A stretch of DNA of 59,104 bases, taken from contig NC_057760.1 in the NCBI RefSeq assembly GCF_004010195.1, forward strand, positions 2,378,295 through 2,437,398. Direction: 5' to 3'. The notes under the pieces were generated by a model. That model was given only the letters and a program-made list of their open reading frames with translations. It ran no database searches and was not told the DNA's origin. Positions within the stretch are counted from its first letter, which is position 1. Every line of letters begins with the position of its first letter. The translations under genes were made by a program, and so were the position numbers. Shown one piece after another: positions 11,848 through 23,784 of the stretch. The stretch is from Chiloscyllium plagiosum. Taxonomy: Eukaryota.

Positions 11848-12062
11848 GATACAATGTTACCAATCACTTCTGGGGGGGGGAAAACCCTTTCGTGGTTACA
11901 ATGTTGCATTTCCCCAAAGTTATATTGTTTCCCCCACACCACCCCAGACACAATGTTGCGATTTTGACCCCCAACATTGTAACTTGGGGGGGGTGCGCGG
12001 AAATGTTGCCATTTCAGCCTGGGTTACAAAGTTGGCCTTTTTTTCCCTGATTACAATGTAGC
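11848..12062. promoter_or_regulatory. Candidate homotypic cluster of DM-domain (DMRT/doublesex)-like sites
   Basis: GATACAATGTTAC 11848, GTTACAATGTTGC 11895, GTTATATTGTTTC 11919, GACACAATGTTGC 11947, CCAACATTGTAAC 11971, half-site ~11999, GTTACAAAGTTGG 12023, ATTACAATGTAGC 12050. Confidence 0.4.
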
Positions 12063-12159
12063 ACCTTCCACTATTCTTGGTTACTTTCTGGGAATGTGTT
12101 AAACGCTCCCAGCCTCTGTCTAGTTTTCATACCATTCGGTTTTGGTGGGGAGGGAAGGG

Positions 12160-12659
12160 NNNNNNNNNNNNNNNNNNNNNNNNNNNNNNNNNNNNNNNNN
12201 NNNNNNNNNNNNNNNNNNNNNNNNNNNNNNNNNNNNNNNNNNNNNNNNNNNNNNNNNNNNNNNNNNNNNNNNNNNNNNNNNNNNNNNNNNNNNNNNNNNN
12301 NNNNNNNNNNNNNNNNNNNNNNNNNNNNNNNNNNNNNNNNNNNNNNNNNNNNNNNNNNNNNNNNNNNNNNNNNNNNNNNNNNNNNNNNNNNNNNNNNNNN
12401 NNNNNNNNNNNNNNNNNNNNNNNNNNNNNNNNNNNNNNNNNNNNNNNNNNNNNNNNNNNNNNNNNNNNNNNNNNNNNNNNNNNNNNNNNNNNNNNNNNNN
12501 NNNNNNNNNNNNNNNNNNNNNNNNNNNNNNNNNNNNNNNNNNNNNNNNNNNNNNNNNNNNNNNNNNNNNNNNNNNNNNNNNNNNNNNNNNNNNNNNNNNN
12601 NNNNNNNNNNNNNNNNNNNNNNNNNNNNNNNNNNNNNNNNNNNNNNNNNNNNNNNNNNN
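12160..12659. other. Assembly gap (500 N)
   Basis: N run. Confidence 1.
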
Positions 12660-12689
12660 AAACAAAAATTAAAAAAAAAACTTCTTCAA

Positions 12690-12960
12690 AACCCCCAAAA
12701 TGGCGACGAGCCCAGGGTCCCAGCATCCATATCCTGATGGCGACCAAATAAAACCCCCGTGAGATCCCAGAGAGAGAGAAAAATAAAACACAGAGAGAGA
12801 CAGAGACAGAGGAACCACGGCCCCTTAAAGCGACACCCTCTCTTAAAGCAGCACCGCCCCCTCCCGGAAGTGATTCCAGTCCGCGGACCGAAATTGTGGC
12901 ACCGTCTTCTTCCCCAGCACAGGCTCGACGGGCCGAACGGCCCAGCCGAGGCTCCCACTG
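12690..12960. promoter_or_regulatory. Candidate housekeeping-type promoter / first exon (probably transcribed leftwards)
   Basis: YY1-like CAAAATGGCG (~12696) and GATGGCG (~12736), GC box CCGCCCCC (~12854), ETS/GABPA CCGGAAGTG (~12864), locally raised CpG, non-repetitive sequence. Confidence 0.55.
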
Positions 12961-13416
12961 CTCAGAGCCGCTGGGTAGACCTTTCCAATCCCTCTAATTC
13001 CCACCCACACACAAACAAACAAACAAACAAAAACAAAAGAGGAAAATAAATAAGCCCAAGTAGAGTGTAGAAAGCAAAATTCAGGTGCAAATTAAACAAG
13101 GTGTTGGTGAGTACATTACCTTTACCCGGGGGGGGGGGGGGGGTCTGGAACGCACCGCCTGGAAACGTTGGTGGAGGCCGGTTCAGTTTGAGGTGTCCGA
13201 GAGGGATGGTGATTTGGCCAGAAAAGGTGTGCAGGGGTATTGAGGGAAAGGGCTGGTATAGGCATGTTGGGCCAAATAGCCTCCTGCCGCACCACGAAAA
13301 TTCTGACCATCGATGTGTCGTGACAGGAGTTTGGTAGGGGAAGGTGGGGAGGTGGGGGCGTGAATTCCAACTTGTCAGAGCCATCCTGAATTTCAGTAGC
13401 CCCGCTAGGTGCTAGG

Positions 13417-13720
13417 GACCAGTGGCTCAGTGGTTAGCACTGCTGCCTCACAGCACCAGGGTCCCAGGTTCGATTCCAGCCTCGGGCGACTGTCTGTGTG
13501 GAGTTTGCAGTGTCTGCGTGGGTTCCCTCCAGGTGCTCTGGTTTCCTCCCACAGTCCAAAGATGTGCGGGTCAGGTGAATTGGCCATGCTAAATTGCCCA
13601 TAGTGTTAGGTGCATTAGTCACAGGAAAATGGGTCTGGGTGGGTTACTCTTCAGAGGGTCGGTGTGGACTTGTTGGGCCGAAGGGCCTGTTTCCACACTG
13701 GAGGGAATCTAATCTAATCT
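13417..13720 (+). mobile_element. HE1-type V-SINE
   Basis: gtggctcagtggttagcactgctgcctcacagc head, V domain and (aatct)n tail. Confidence 0.95.
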
Positions 13721-14012
13721 CCAGGGAACCAGCAGCTGCCTTCTTATTGGACAGGGAATATCTGCTAGGGATGGGGGTGAGGGCAGGCTATCAGTACCAC
13801 AAATATAAAACTATCTCCCACCGGAAGGGCTCTGCACAAGGCATTGAACAGGGGGATTCACAAAGACTGTCCAAACAGGCAGGGTGAGGCTAGGAGAGGG
13901 AAGTCAAGGGAAATACACTTTAAGGCACATCATTCATGTATTGAGACTCTGATGGGCTGAACGGCCTCCTACTGCACATGAACAAACCTGGAGCCCTGTG
14001 TTCGCACAGGTT

Positions 14013-14895
14013 CATAGAATCCCTATAGTGTGGAAACAGGCCACTTGGTCCATCGAGTCCACACCGACCCTCCAAAGAGCATCCCCATTCAGACCTACTC
14101 CCATTTCCTGTCCCTGTAACCCTACGTTCCCAAACACCTTCATGACCTGTCCACCTCTCTGCTCCACCCTCCTCTCTGACCTATCACCTTTCCCCCCACC
14201 TCCATCTACCCATCACACTCTCCTCTACCTTCCTCCCAGCCCAACCCCCTCATTTATCTCTCCACCCTGTCGGCTCACAGCCTCATTCCTGATGAAAAGC
14301 TTTGCCCGAAATGTCAATTCTTCTGCTCCTTGGATGCTGCCTGACCTGCTGTGCTTTTCCAGCACCACACTCACGACTCTAATCTCCAGCATCTGCACTC
14401 CTCACTTTTGCCTGCATTTCCCATACTAACTCATGCAACGCTGGACACTATGGGACAATTTCCCATGGCCAACCCACCCTAACCTGCACATCCCTGGACA
14501 CTATGGGACAATTTCCCATGGCTAATCCACCCTAACCTGCACATCCCTGGGCACTGTGGGACAATTCCCCACAGCCAATCCACCCTAACCTGTACATCCC
14601 TGGGCACAATGGGACAATTCCCCACGGCCAATCCACCCTAACCTGCACATCCCTGGGCATTATGGGACAATTTCCCATGGCCAATCCACCCTAACCTGCA
14701 CATCCCTGGGCACTATGGGACAATTTCCCATGGCCAATCCACCCTAACATGCACATCTTAGAACTCCGGAGGAAACTAGAGCACCCAGAGGAAACCCACA
14801 CGGACTCGGGAAGAATATGCAAACTCCACACAGAGAGTCGCCCAAGGGTGGAATCGAACCCAGCTCCCTGGTGTCGTGAGGCAGCGGGACTAAAC
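14013..14895 (-). mobile_element. HE1-type V-SINE with an internal ~53-bp tandem amplification, interrupted by a Penelope-like fragment (~14140-14410)
   Basis: Tail at 14013-14115; about 6 copies of ggacactatgggacaatttcccatggccaatccaccctaacctgcacatccct at 14443-14757; head at ~14760-14895. Confidence 0.88.
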
Positions 14896-15167
14896 CCTTT
14901 TAAAGAGAGAATTTAAAGTTTTGAAAGGAAGAATTTCATTTCCGTAGTGAGCTTGGGAAGTCCCAAAACATTTCAGACCCAGTGATGCTTCTGTTTTGTA
15001 GTCTAGTGTCTGCCCATTTAGAGGAGGGGGGAGGGCGGGCTGGGATGCGATGGGGAGTGGAATAGTGATAGTGTCGCTGGCCTTGTGATCTATAGCCCCA
15101 AGCTCGTGATCTGGGGACATGGAAGCCAAAATCATCGTGACGTCTGGTGAAATTTGAATTCTGTAAA

Positions 15168-16795
15168 AATCCTGGGAATTACAGACCAGTCAGTCTCACG
15201 TCTGTGGTGGGCAAAGTATTGGAGAGGATTCTGAGAGACAGGAAAACCACAGTTCGATTAGAGATCGTCAGCATGGCTTTATGAGGGGCGGGTCATGCCT
15301 CGCAAACCTTATTGAATCCTTTAAGGATGTGACAAAAAGCATTGATGAAGGTAGAGAGTGGATGTGGTGTACATGGATCTTAGCAAGGCATTTGATAAAG
15401 TTGCTCAGAAAGTAAGAGGGTGTGAGAAACAGGGAAATCTGGCCATCAGGATACAGAATTGACTGGCCCAGAGAAGACAGAGGGTGGTGGTAGATAGAAA
15501 GTATTCTGCCTGGAGCTTGGTGACCAGTGGTGTTCGCTGCTGAAAACGTGTTGCTGGAAAAGCGCAGCAGGTCAGGCAGCATCCAAGGAGCAGGAGAATC
15601 AACATTTCGGGCATGAGCCCTTCTTCAGGAAGGTCTCCTGAAAAGCATTGAGAAAAGCATTGCTTTACAAACCTGACGGTTATAGAGTCATTGAACTGTA
15701 CAGCATGGAAACATACCCTTCGGTCCAACTTGTCCACGCCAACCAGATATCCTAAATTAATCCAGTCCCATTTGTCACCATTTGGCCCATATCCCTCCAA
15801 ACCCTTCCTATTCATATACCCATAGAGATGCCACTTGGTGACCAGTGGTGTTCCACAGGGATCGGCTGTGGGACCTCTGCTCTTTGTGATTTTTATAAAT
15901 GACTTGGATGAGGAAGTGGAAGGGGTAATTAGTAAGTTTGCCGATGGCACAAAGGCTGGTGGATAGTGTGGAGGGCTGTTGTAGGTTGCAACGGGACATT
16001 GACAGGATGTAGAACTGGGCTGAGTTGGACTTCAACCTGGAAAAGTGTGAAGTAATTTATTTTGGAAGGTCGAATTTGAATGCAGATTGCAGGGTTAAAG
16101 GCAGGATTCTTGACAATGTGGAGGAACAGAGGAATCTCGGAGTCTGTGTCCTTAGAGTTGCCACCCAGGTTGATAGGGTTGTCAAGAAGGCATATGGTGT
16201 GTTGGCTTTCATTAGCAGGGGGATTGAGTTTAAGAGTCACAAGGTTATGCTGCAGCTCTAGTGAGCCCTGGTTAGACCACACTTGGGATATTCTGTTCAG
16301 TTCTGGTCACCTCATTTTAGGAAGGATGTGGAAGTTTTAGAGAGGGTGCAGAGGAGATTTACCAGGATGCTGCCTAGACTGGAGGGCACGTCTTCTGAAA
16401 GAAAGGCTTTTCTCATTGGGGTAAAGAAAGATGAGACATGACCTGATAGAGGATTACAAGATGATGCGAGGCATAGACGGAGTGGATAGCCAGAGACTTT
16501 TTCAAAGGGCAGAAATGGCTATCACGAGGGGGAATAATTTTAAGGTAACTGGAGAAATGTTTGGGGGAGATGTCAGAGGTCGGTTCTTTACACAGAGAGT
16601 GGTGGGTGTGGGGAATGCACTGCCAGCGGTGGCGGTAGAGTTAGATACATCAGAAACATTTAAACGACTCTTAGACAGGCACATGGATGATAGTACAATG
16701 AAGGGTATGTTGGCTAGTCTGATCTTAGAGTAGGATAAAAGACACAACATCGAGGGCCGAAGGGCCTGTACTGTGCTGTACTGTTCCATGTTCTA
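15168..16795 (+). mobile_element. CR1 LINE RT + 3' end, carrying an insert at 15536-15833
   Basis: NYRPVSLTSVVGKVLERIL, QHGFMRGGSCLANL, GVPQGS, FADGTK, VGVGNALP; same subfamily as 4804-7375 but in opposite orientation. Confidence 0.94.
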
Positions 16796-18075
16796 TGGTT
16801 GTGATTGTTGGAGGTCAGTCATCTCAGCTCCAGGGCTTATCTGCAGGAGTTCCTCAGGGGAGTGTCCTCAGCCCAACCAGGTTCAGCTATTTCAATGACC
16901 TGCCCTCCACTATAAGGTCAGAAGTGAGGAAGTTCACCAATGATTGCACAATGTTCAACACCATTCACCACTCCTCAGATACTGAAGCAGGCCGTGTTCA
17001 GAACTGGACAGTATCCAGGCTTGTTGTGACAAATGAGAAGTAACATTTGCGCCACCTAAATGCCAGGCATGACCACCTCCAACAAGACAGAATGCCCTGC
17101 TTGACTTTCAGTGGCTGAATCCCCCACTATCAACATCCTGAGGGTTACCATTGTCCAGAAACTGAACTGGACTGTGGCTACAAGAGCAGGTCAGAGGCTG
17201 GGAATCCTGCAGCGAGTAACTCACTCCTATCTCCCCAAAGCCTGTTCATCATTTACAAAGCGGCACAGTGGTTAGCACTGCTGCCTCACAGCGCCAGAGA
17301 CCTGGGTTCAATTCCCGCCTCAGGCGATTGACTGTGTGGAGTTTGCACGTTCTCCCCGTGTCTGCGTGGGTTTCCTCCGGGTGCTCCGGTTTCCTCCCAC
17401 AGTCCAAAGATGTACAGGTCAGGTGAATTGGCCATGCTAAATTGCCCGTAGTGTTAGGTAAGGGGTAAATGTAGGGGTATGGGTGGGTTGCGCTTCGGCA
17501 GGGCGGTGTGGACTTGTTGGGCCGAAGGGCCTGTTTCCACACTGTAAGTAATCTAATCTTAAAAAAAAAAGCACAAGTTAGGAGTGTGATGGAATACAGC
17601 CTACTTGCCCTGGATGGGGGGCAGCTCCAACAACACTCAACATCGTCCAGGACAAAGCAGCCTGCTGGTTTGGCAGCACATCCGCAAACATCCCCTCCCT
17701 CCACCTCCGACGCTCAGTAGCAGCAGCGTGTACCGCCTACAAGATGCACAGCAGCAACTCACCAAGGCTCCTCAGACAACACCTTCCAAACCCATGACCA
17801 CTTCTGACCAGGACAAGGGCAGCAGATACATGGGAACACCACCCCCTGCAAGTTCCCCTCCGAGCCACTCACCACCCTGACTCGGACTTATATCGCTGTT
17901 CCTTCTGGGTCAGAATCCTGGAATTCCCTCCCTAAGGACATTGCGGGTCAAGCCACAGCACACAGACTGCAGCATCAAAAGGCAACTCACTACCTACCTT
18001 CTCAAGGGGCAACTAGGGATTGACAATGAATGTTGGCCCAGCCAGCAACACCAACATTCCGTGAATGAATTAAAA
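16795..18075 (+). mobile_element. Second CR1/L2-clade LINE family fragment (RT to 3' end), interrupted by a SINE
   Basis: GVPQGSVLSP, YKAQVRSVMEYS (split by the SINE), WNSLP; related pieces at 33580-34030, 38270-38520, 46440-46870 and 56530-56810. Confidence 0.85.
17260..17560 (+). mobile_element. Young HE1-type V-SINE
   Basis: Near-consensus copy, almost identical to the reverse copy at 25949-26273. Confidence 0.96.
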
Positions 18076-18289
18076 ACAATTTTATTGCAGAAAATGGCAT
18101 ACCTGACAACCAGTATCTCTCTCTCCACTTCATCATTATCTTGTATCTTTAAAAACAACCCTTACATTTCAATAATTGACAGTCCTGTGCTATCAATGCA
18201 CTATTTAGTGAGATATTGGAATGTTTGCAAACTGGAACAGTTGGTACACAGGCAATTCCCAGAACACAACCAACTGCTGCAGCAGAGCA

Positions 18290-21200
18290 CTGGCAGGAAC
18301 AGGTTAATGTAGGACAGATCGGGGAAGAGGGCTGGGGAGGGCAGGAACAGGTTAATGTAGGACACTTCGGGACAGAGGGCTTGGGAGGGCAGGAACAGGT
18401 TAATGTAGGACACTTCGGGGCAGAGGGCTGGGGAGGGCAGGAACAGGTTAATGTAGAACACTTCGGGGCAGAGGGCTGGGGAGGGCAGGAACAGGTTAAT
18501 GTAGGACATTAACCTGCTCGTCGGACGCTGCCTGAATTGCTGTGCTCTTCCAGCACCACTGATCCAGAATCTGGTTTCCAGGATCTGCAGTCATTGTTTT
18601 TACCTAATGTAGGACAGGTCTGGGCAGGGGGCAGAGGGCTGGCAGGGTCAGGTTAATGTAGGACAGTCAGGGCAGAGGGCTGGCAGGAGCAGGTTAATGT
18701 AAGACAGGTCTGGGCAGGGGGAGAGGGCTGGCAGGAACAGGTTAATGTAGGACAGGTTGGGGCAGAGGGCAGGCAGGAACAGGTTAATGTAGGACAGGTC
18801 GGGGCAGAGGGCAGGGGGGAGCAGGTAAATGTAGGACAGGTCGGGGCAGAGGGCTGGGGTCCTACATTAACCTGTTCCTGCCTGCCCTCTGCCCCGACCT
18901 GTCCTACATTAACCTGTTCCTGCCTGCCCTCTGCCCCGACCTGTCCTACATTAACCTGTTCCTGCCTGCCCTCTGCCCCGACCTGTCCTACATTAACCTG
19001 TTCCTGCCTGCCCTCTGCCCCGACCTGTCCTACATTAACCTGTTCCTGCCTGCCCTCTGCCCCGACCTGTCCTACATTAACCTGTTCCTGCCTGCCCTCT
19101 GCCCCGACCTGTCCTACATTAACCTGTTCCTGCCTGCCCTCTGCCCCCTGCCCCGACCTGTCCTACATTAACCTGTTCCTGCCTGCCCTCTGCCCCGACC
19201 TGTCCTACATTAACCTGTTCCTGCCTGCCCTCTGCCCCGACCTGTCCTACATTAACCTGTTCCTGCCTGCCCTCTGCCCCGACCTGTCCTACATTAACCT
19301 GTTCCTGCCTGCCCTCTGCCCCGACCTGTCCTACATTAACCTGTTCCTGCCTGCCCTCTGCCCCGACCTGTCCTACATTAACCTGTTCCTGCCTGCCCTC
19401 TGCCCCGACCTGTCCTACATTAACCTGTTCCTGCCTGCCCTCTGCCCCCTGCCCCGACCTGTCCTACATTAACCTGTTCCTGCCTGCCCTCTGCCCCGAC
19501 CTGTCCTACATTAACCTGTTCCTGCCTGCCCTCTGCCCCGACCTGTCCTACATTAACCTGTTCCTGCCTGCCCTCTGCCCCGACCTGTCCTACATTAACC
19601 TGTTCCTGCCTGCCCTCTGCCCCGACCTGTCCTACATTAACCTGTTCCTGCCTGCCCTCTGCCCCGACCTGTCCTACATTAACCTGTTCCTGCCTGCCCT
19701 CTGCCCCGACCTGTCCTACATTAACCTGTTCCTGCCTGCCCTCTGCCCCCTGCCCCGACCTGTCCTACATTAACCTGTTCCTGCCTGCCCTCTGCCCCGA
19801 CCTGTCCTACATTAACCTGTTCCTGCCTGCCCTCTGCCCCGACCTGTCCTACATTAACCTGTTCCTGCCTGCCCTCTGCCCCGACCTGTCCTACATTAAC
19901 CTGTTCCTGCCTGCCCTCTGCCCCGACCTGTCCTACATTAACCTGTTCCTGCCTGCCCTCTGCCCCGACCTGTCCTACATTAACCTGTTCCTGCCTGCCC
20001 TCTGCCCCGACCTGTCCTACATTAACCTGTTCCTGCCTGCCCTCTGCCCCCTGCCCCGACCTGTCCTACATTAACCTGTTCCTGCCTGCCCTCTGCCCCG
20101 ACCTGTCCTACATTAACCTGTTCCTGCCTGCCCTCTGCCCCGACCTGTCCTACATTAACCTGTTCCTGCCTGCCCTCTGCCCCGACCTGTCCTACATTAA
20201 CCTGTTCCTGCCTGCCCTCTGCCCCGACCTGTCCTACATTAACCTGTTCCTGCCTGCCCTCTGCCCCGACCTGTCCTACATTAACCTGTTCCTGCCTGCC
20301 CTCTGCCCCGACCTGTCCTACATTAACCTGTTCCTGCCTGCCCTCTGCCCCCTGCCCCGACCTGTCCTACATTAACCTGTTCCTGCCTGCCCTCTGCCCC
20401 GACCTGTCCTACATTAACCTGTTCCTGCCTGCCCTCTGCCCCGACCTGTCCTACATTAACCTGTTCCTGCCTGCCCTCTGCCCCGACCTGTCCTACATTA
20501 ACCTGTTCCTGCCTGCCCTCTGCCCCGACCTGTCCTACATTAACCTGTTCCTGCCTGCCCTCTGCCCCGACCTGTCCTACATTAACCTGTTCCTGCCTGC
20601 CCTCTGCCCCGACCTGTCCTACATTAACCTGTTCCTGCCTGCCCTCTGCCCCCTGCCCCGACCTGTCCTACATTAACCTGTTCCTGCCTGCCCTCTGCCC
20701 CGACCTGTCCTACATTAACCTGTTCCTGCCTGCCCTCTGCCCCGACCTGTCCTACATTAACCTGTTCCTGCCTGCCCTCTGCCCCGACCTGTCCTACATT
20801 AACCTGTTCCTGCCTGCCCTCTGCCCCGACCTGTCCTACATTAACCTGTTCCTGCCTGCCCTCTGCCCCGACCTGTCCTACATTAACCTGTTCCTGCCTG
20901 CCCTCTGCCCCGACCTGTCCTACATTAACCTGTTCCTGCCTGCCCTCTGCCCCCTGCCCCGACCTGTCCTACATTAACCTGTTCCTGCCTGCCCTCTGCC
21001 CCGACCTGTCCTACATTAACCTGTTCCTGCCTGCCCTCTGCCCCGACCTGTCCTACATTAACCTGTTCCTGCCTGCCCTCTGCCCCGACCTGTCCTACAT
21101 TAACCTGTTCCTGCCTGCCCTCTGCCCCGACCTGTCCTACATTAACCTGTTCCTGCCTGCCCTCTGCCCCGACCTGTCCTACATTAACCTGTTCCTGCCT

Positions 21201-23757
21201 GCCCTCTGCCCCGACCTGTCCTACATTAACCTGTTCCTGCCTGCCCTCTGCCCCCTGCCCCGACCTGTCCTACATTAACCTGTTCCTGCCTGCCCTCTGC
21301 CCCGACCTGTCCTACATTAACCTGTTCCTGCCTGCCCTCTGCCCCGACCTGTCCTACATTAACCTGTTCCTGCCTGCCCTCTGCCCCGACCTGTCCTACA
21401 TTAACCTGTTCCTGCCTGCCCTCTGCCCCGACCTGTCCTACATTAACCTGTTCCTGCCTGCCCTCTGCCCCGACCTGTCCTACATTAACCTGTTCCTGCC
21501 TGCCCTCTGCCCCGACCTGTCCTACATTAACCTGTTCCTGCCTGCCCTCTGCCCCCTGCCCCGACCTGTCCTACATTAACCTGTTCCTGCCTGCCCTCTG
21601 CCCCGACCTGTCCTACATTAACCTGTTCCTGCCTGCCCTCTGCCCCGACCTGTCCTACATTAACCTGTTCCTGCCTGCCCTCTGCCCCGACCTGTCCTAC
21701 ATTAACCTGTTCCTGCCTGCCCTCTGCCCCGACCTGTCCTACATTAACCTGTTCCTGCCTGCCCTCTGCCCCGACCTGTCCTACATTAACCTGTTCCTGC
21801 CTGCCCTCTGCCCCGACCTGTCCTACATTAACCTGTTCCTGCCTGCCCTCTGCCCCCTGCCCCGACCTGTCCTACATTAACCTGTTCCTGCCTGCCCTCT
21901 GCCCCGACCTGTCCTACATTAACCTGTTCCTGCCTGCCCTCTGCCCCGACCTGTCCTACATTAACCTGTTCCTGCCTGCCCTCTGCCCCGACCTGTCCTA
22001 CATTAACCTGTTCCTGCCTGCCCTCTGCCCCGACCTGTCCTACATTAACCTGTTCCTGCCTGCCCTCTGCCCCGACCTGTCCTACATTAACCTGTTCCTG
22101 CCTGCCCTCTGCCCCGACCTGTCCTACATTAACCTGTTCCTGCCTGCCCTCTGCCCCCTGCCCCGACCTGTCCTACATTAACCTGTTCCTGCCTGCCCTC
22201 TGCCCCGACCTGTCCTACATTAACCTGTTCCTGCCTGCCCTCTGCCCCGACCTGTCCTACATTAACCTGTTCCTGCCTGCCCTCTGCCCCGACCTGTCCT
22301 ACATTAACCTGTTCCTGCCTGCCCTCTGCCCCGACCTGTCCTACATTAACCTGCTGCCCTCTGCCCTCTGCCCCGACCTGTCCTACATTAACCTGTTCCT
22401 GCCTGCCCTCTGCCCCGACCTGTCCTACATTAACCTGTTCCTGCCTGCCCTCTGCCCCCTGCCCCGACCTGTCCTACATTAACCTGTTCCTGCCTGCCCC
22501 CTGCCCCGACCTGTCCTACATTAACCTGTTCCTGCCTGCCCTCTGCCCCGACCTGTCCTACATTAACCTGTTCCTGCCAGCCCTCTGCCCCGACCTGTCC
22601 TACATTAACCTGTTCCTGCCTGCCCTCTGCCCCGACCTGTCCTACATTAACCTGTTCCTGCCTGCCCTCTGCCCAGACCTGTCCTACATTAACCTGTTCC
22701 TGCCTGCCCTCTGCTCCCTGTCCCGACCTGTCCTACATTAACCTGTTCCTGCCAGCCCCCTTCCCCGACCTGTCCTACATTAACCTGTTCCTGCCTGCCC
22801 TCTGCCCTCTACACCGACCTGTCTTATATTAACCTGTTCCTGCCTGCCCTCTGCCCTTTGCCTCGACATGTCCTACATTAACCTGTTCCTGCCAGCCCTC
22901 TGCCCCGATCTGTAGAACAGATCGGGGCAGAGGGCTGGCAGGAACAGGTTAATGTAGGACAGGTCGGGGCAGAGGGCTGGCAGGAACAGGTTAATGTAGG
23001 ACAGGTCGGGGCAGAGGGCAGGGGGCAGGCAGGAACAAGTTAAAGTAGGATAGGTTGGGGCAGAGGTCAGAGGGCAGGCAGGAACAGGTTAATATAGGAT
23101 AGGTCGGGGCAGGGGTAGAGGGCAGGCAGGAACAAGTTAAAGTAGGATAGGTTGGGGCAGAGGTCAGAGGGCAGGCAGGAACAGGTTAATGTAGGACAGG
23201 TCTGGGCAGTGGGCTGGCAGGAACAGGTTAATGTAGGACAGGTCTGGGCAGAGGGCAGGGGGCAGGCAGGAACAGGTTAATGTAGGACAGGTTGGCGCAG
23301 AGGAAAGAGGGCAGGCAGGAACAGGTTAATGTAGGACAGGTCGGGGCAGAGGGCTGGCAGGGACAGGTTAATGTAGGACAGGTCGGGGCAGAGGAAAGAG
23401 GGCAGGCAGGAACAGGTTAATGTAGGACAGGTCCGGGCCGAGGGCAGAGGGCAGGCAGGAACAGGTTAATGTAGGACAGGTCCGGGCAGAGGGCAGAGGG
23501 CAGGCAGGAACAGGTTAATGTAGGACAGGTCCGGGCAGAGGGCAGGCAGGAACAGGTTAATGTAGGACAGGTCTGGGGAGAGGGCAGGGGGCTGGCAGGA
23601 ACAGGTTAATGTAGGACAGGTCGGGGCAGGGGGCAGAGGGCTGGCAGGAACAGGTTAATGTAGGACAGGTCTGGGCAGAGGTCAGGGGGCTGGCAGGAAC
23701 AGGTTAATGTAGGACAGGTCGGGGCAGGGGGCAGAGGGCTGGCAGGAACAGGTTAAT
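18290..23757. repeat. 42-bp minisatellite (gtcctacattaacctgttcctgcctgccctctgccccgacct) with an inverted central block
   Basis: Flanks 18290-18858 and 22917-23757 are in one orientation and 18859-22913 is in the other; the core has a 301-bp higher-order unit (7x42 + 7 bp). Confidence 0.98.
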
Positions 23758-23784
23758 GGTAGGGTGTGAGGTGCAAGGAGATGT

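Noticed and set aside
11848..12062. CRISPR-like repeat-spacer arrangement
   Set aside because: The cores are only ~13 bp, degenerate and in both orientations; there are no cas genes and the context is vertebrate.
13417..13490. tRNA genes at SINE heads (also 17260, 26200, 34900, 52230)
   Set aside because: A/B boxes are present but run straight into SINE bodies; there is no complete cloverleaf.
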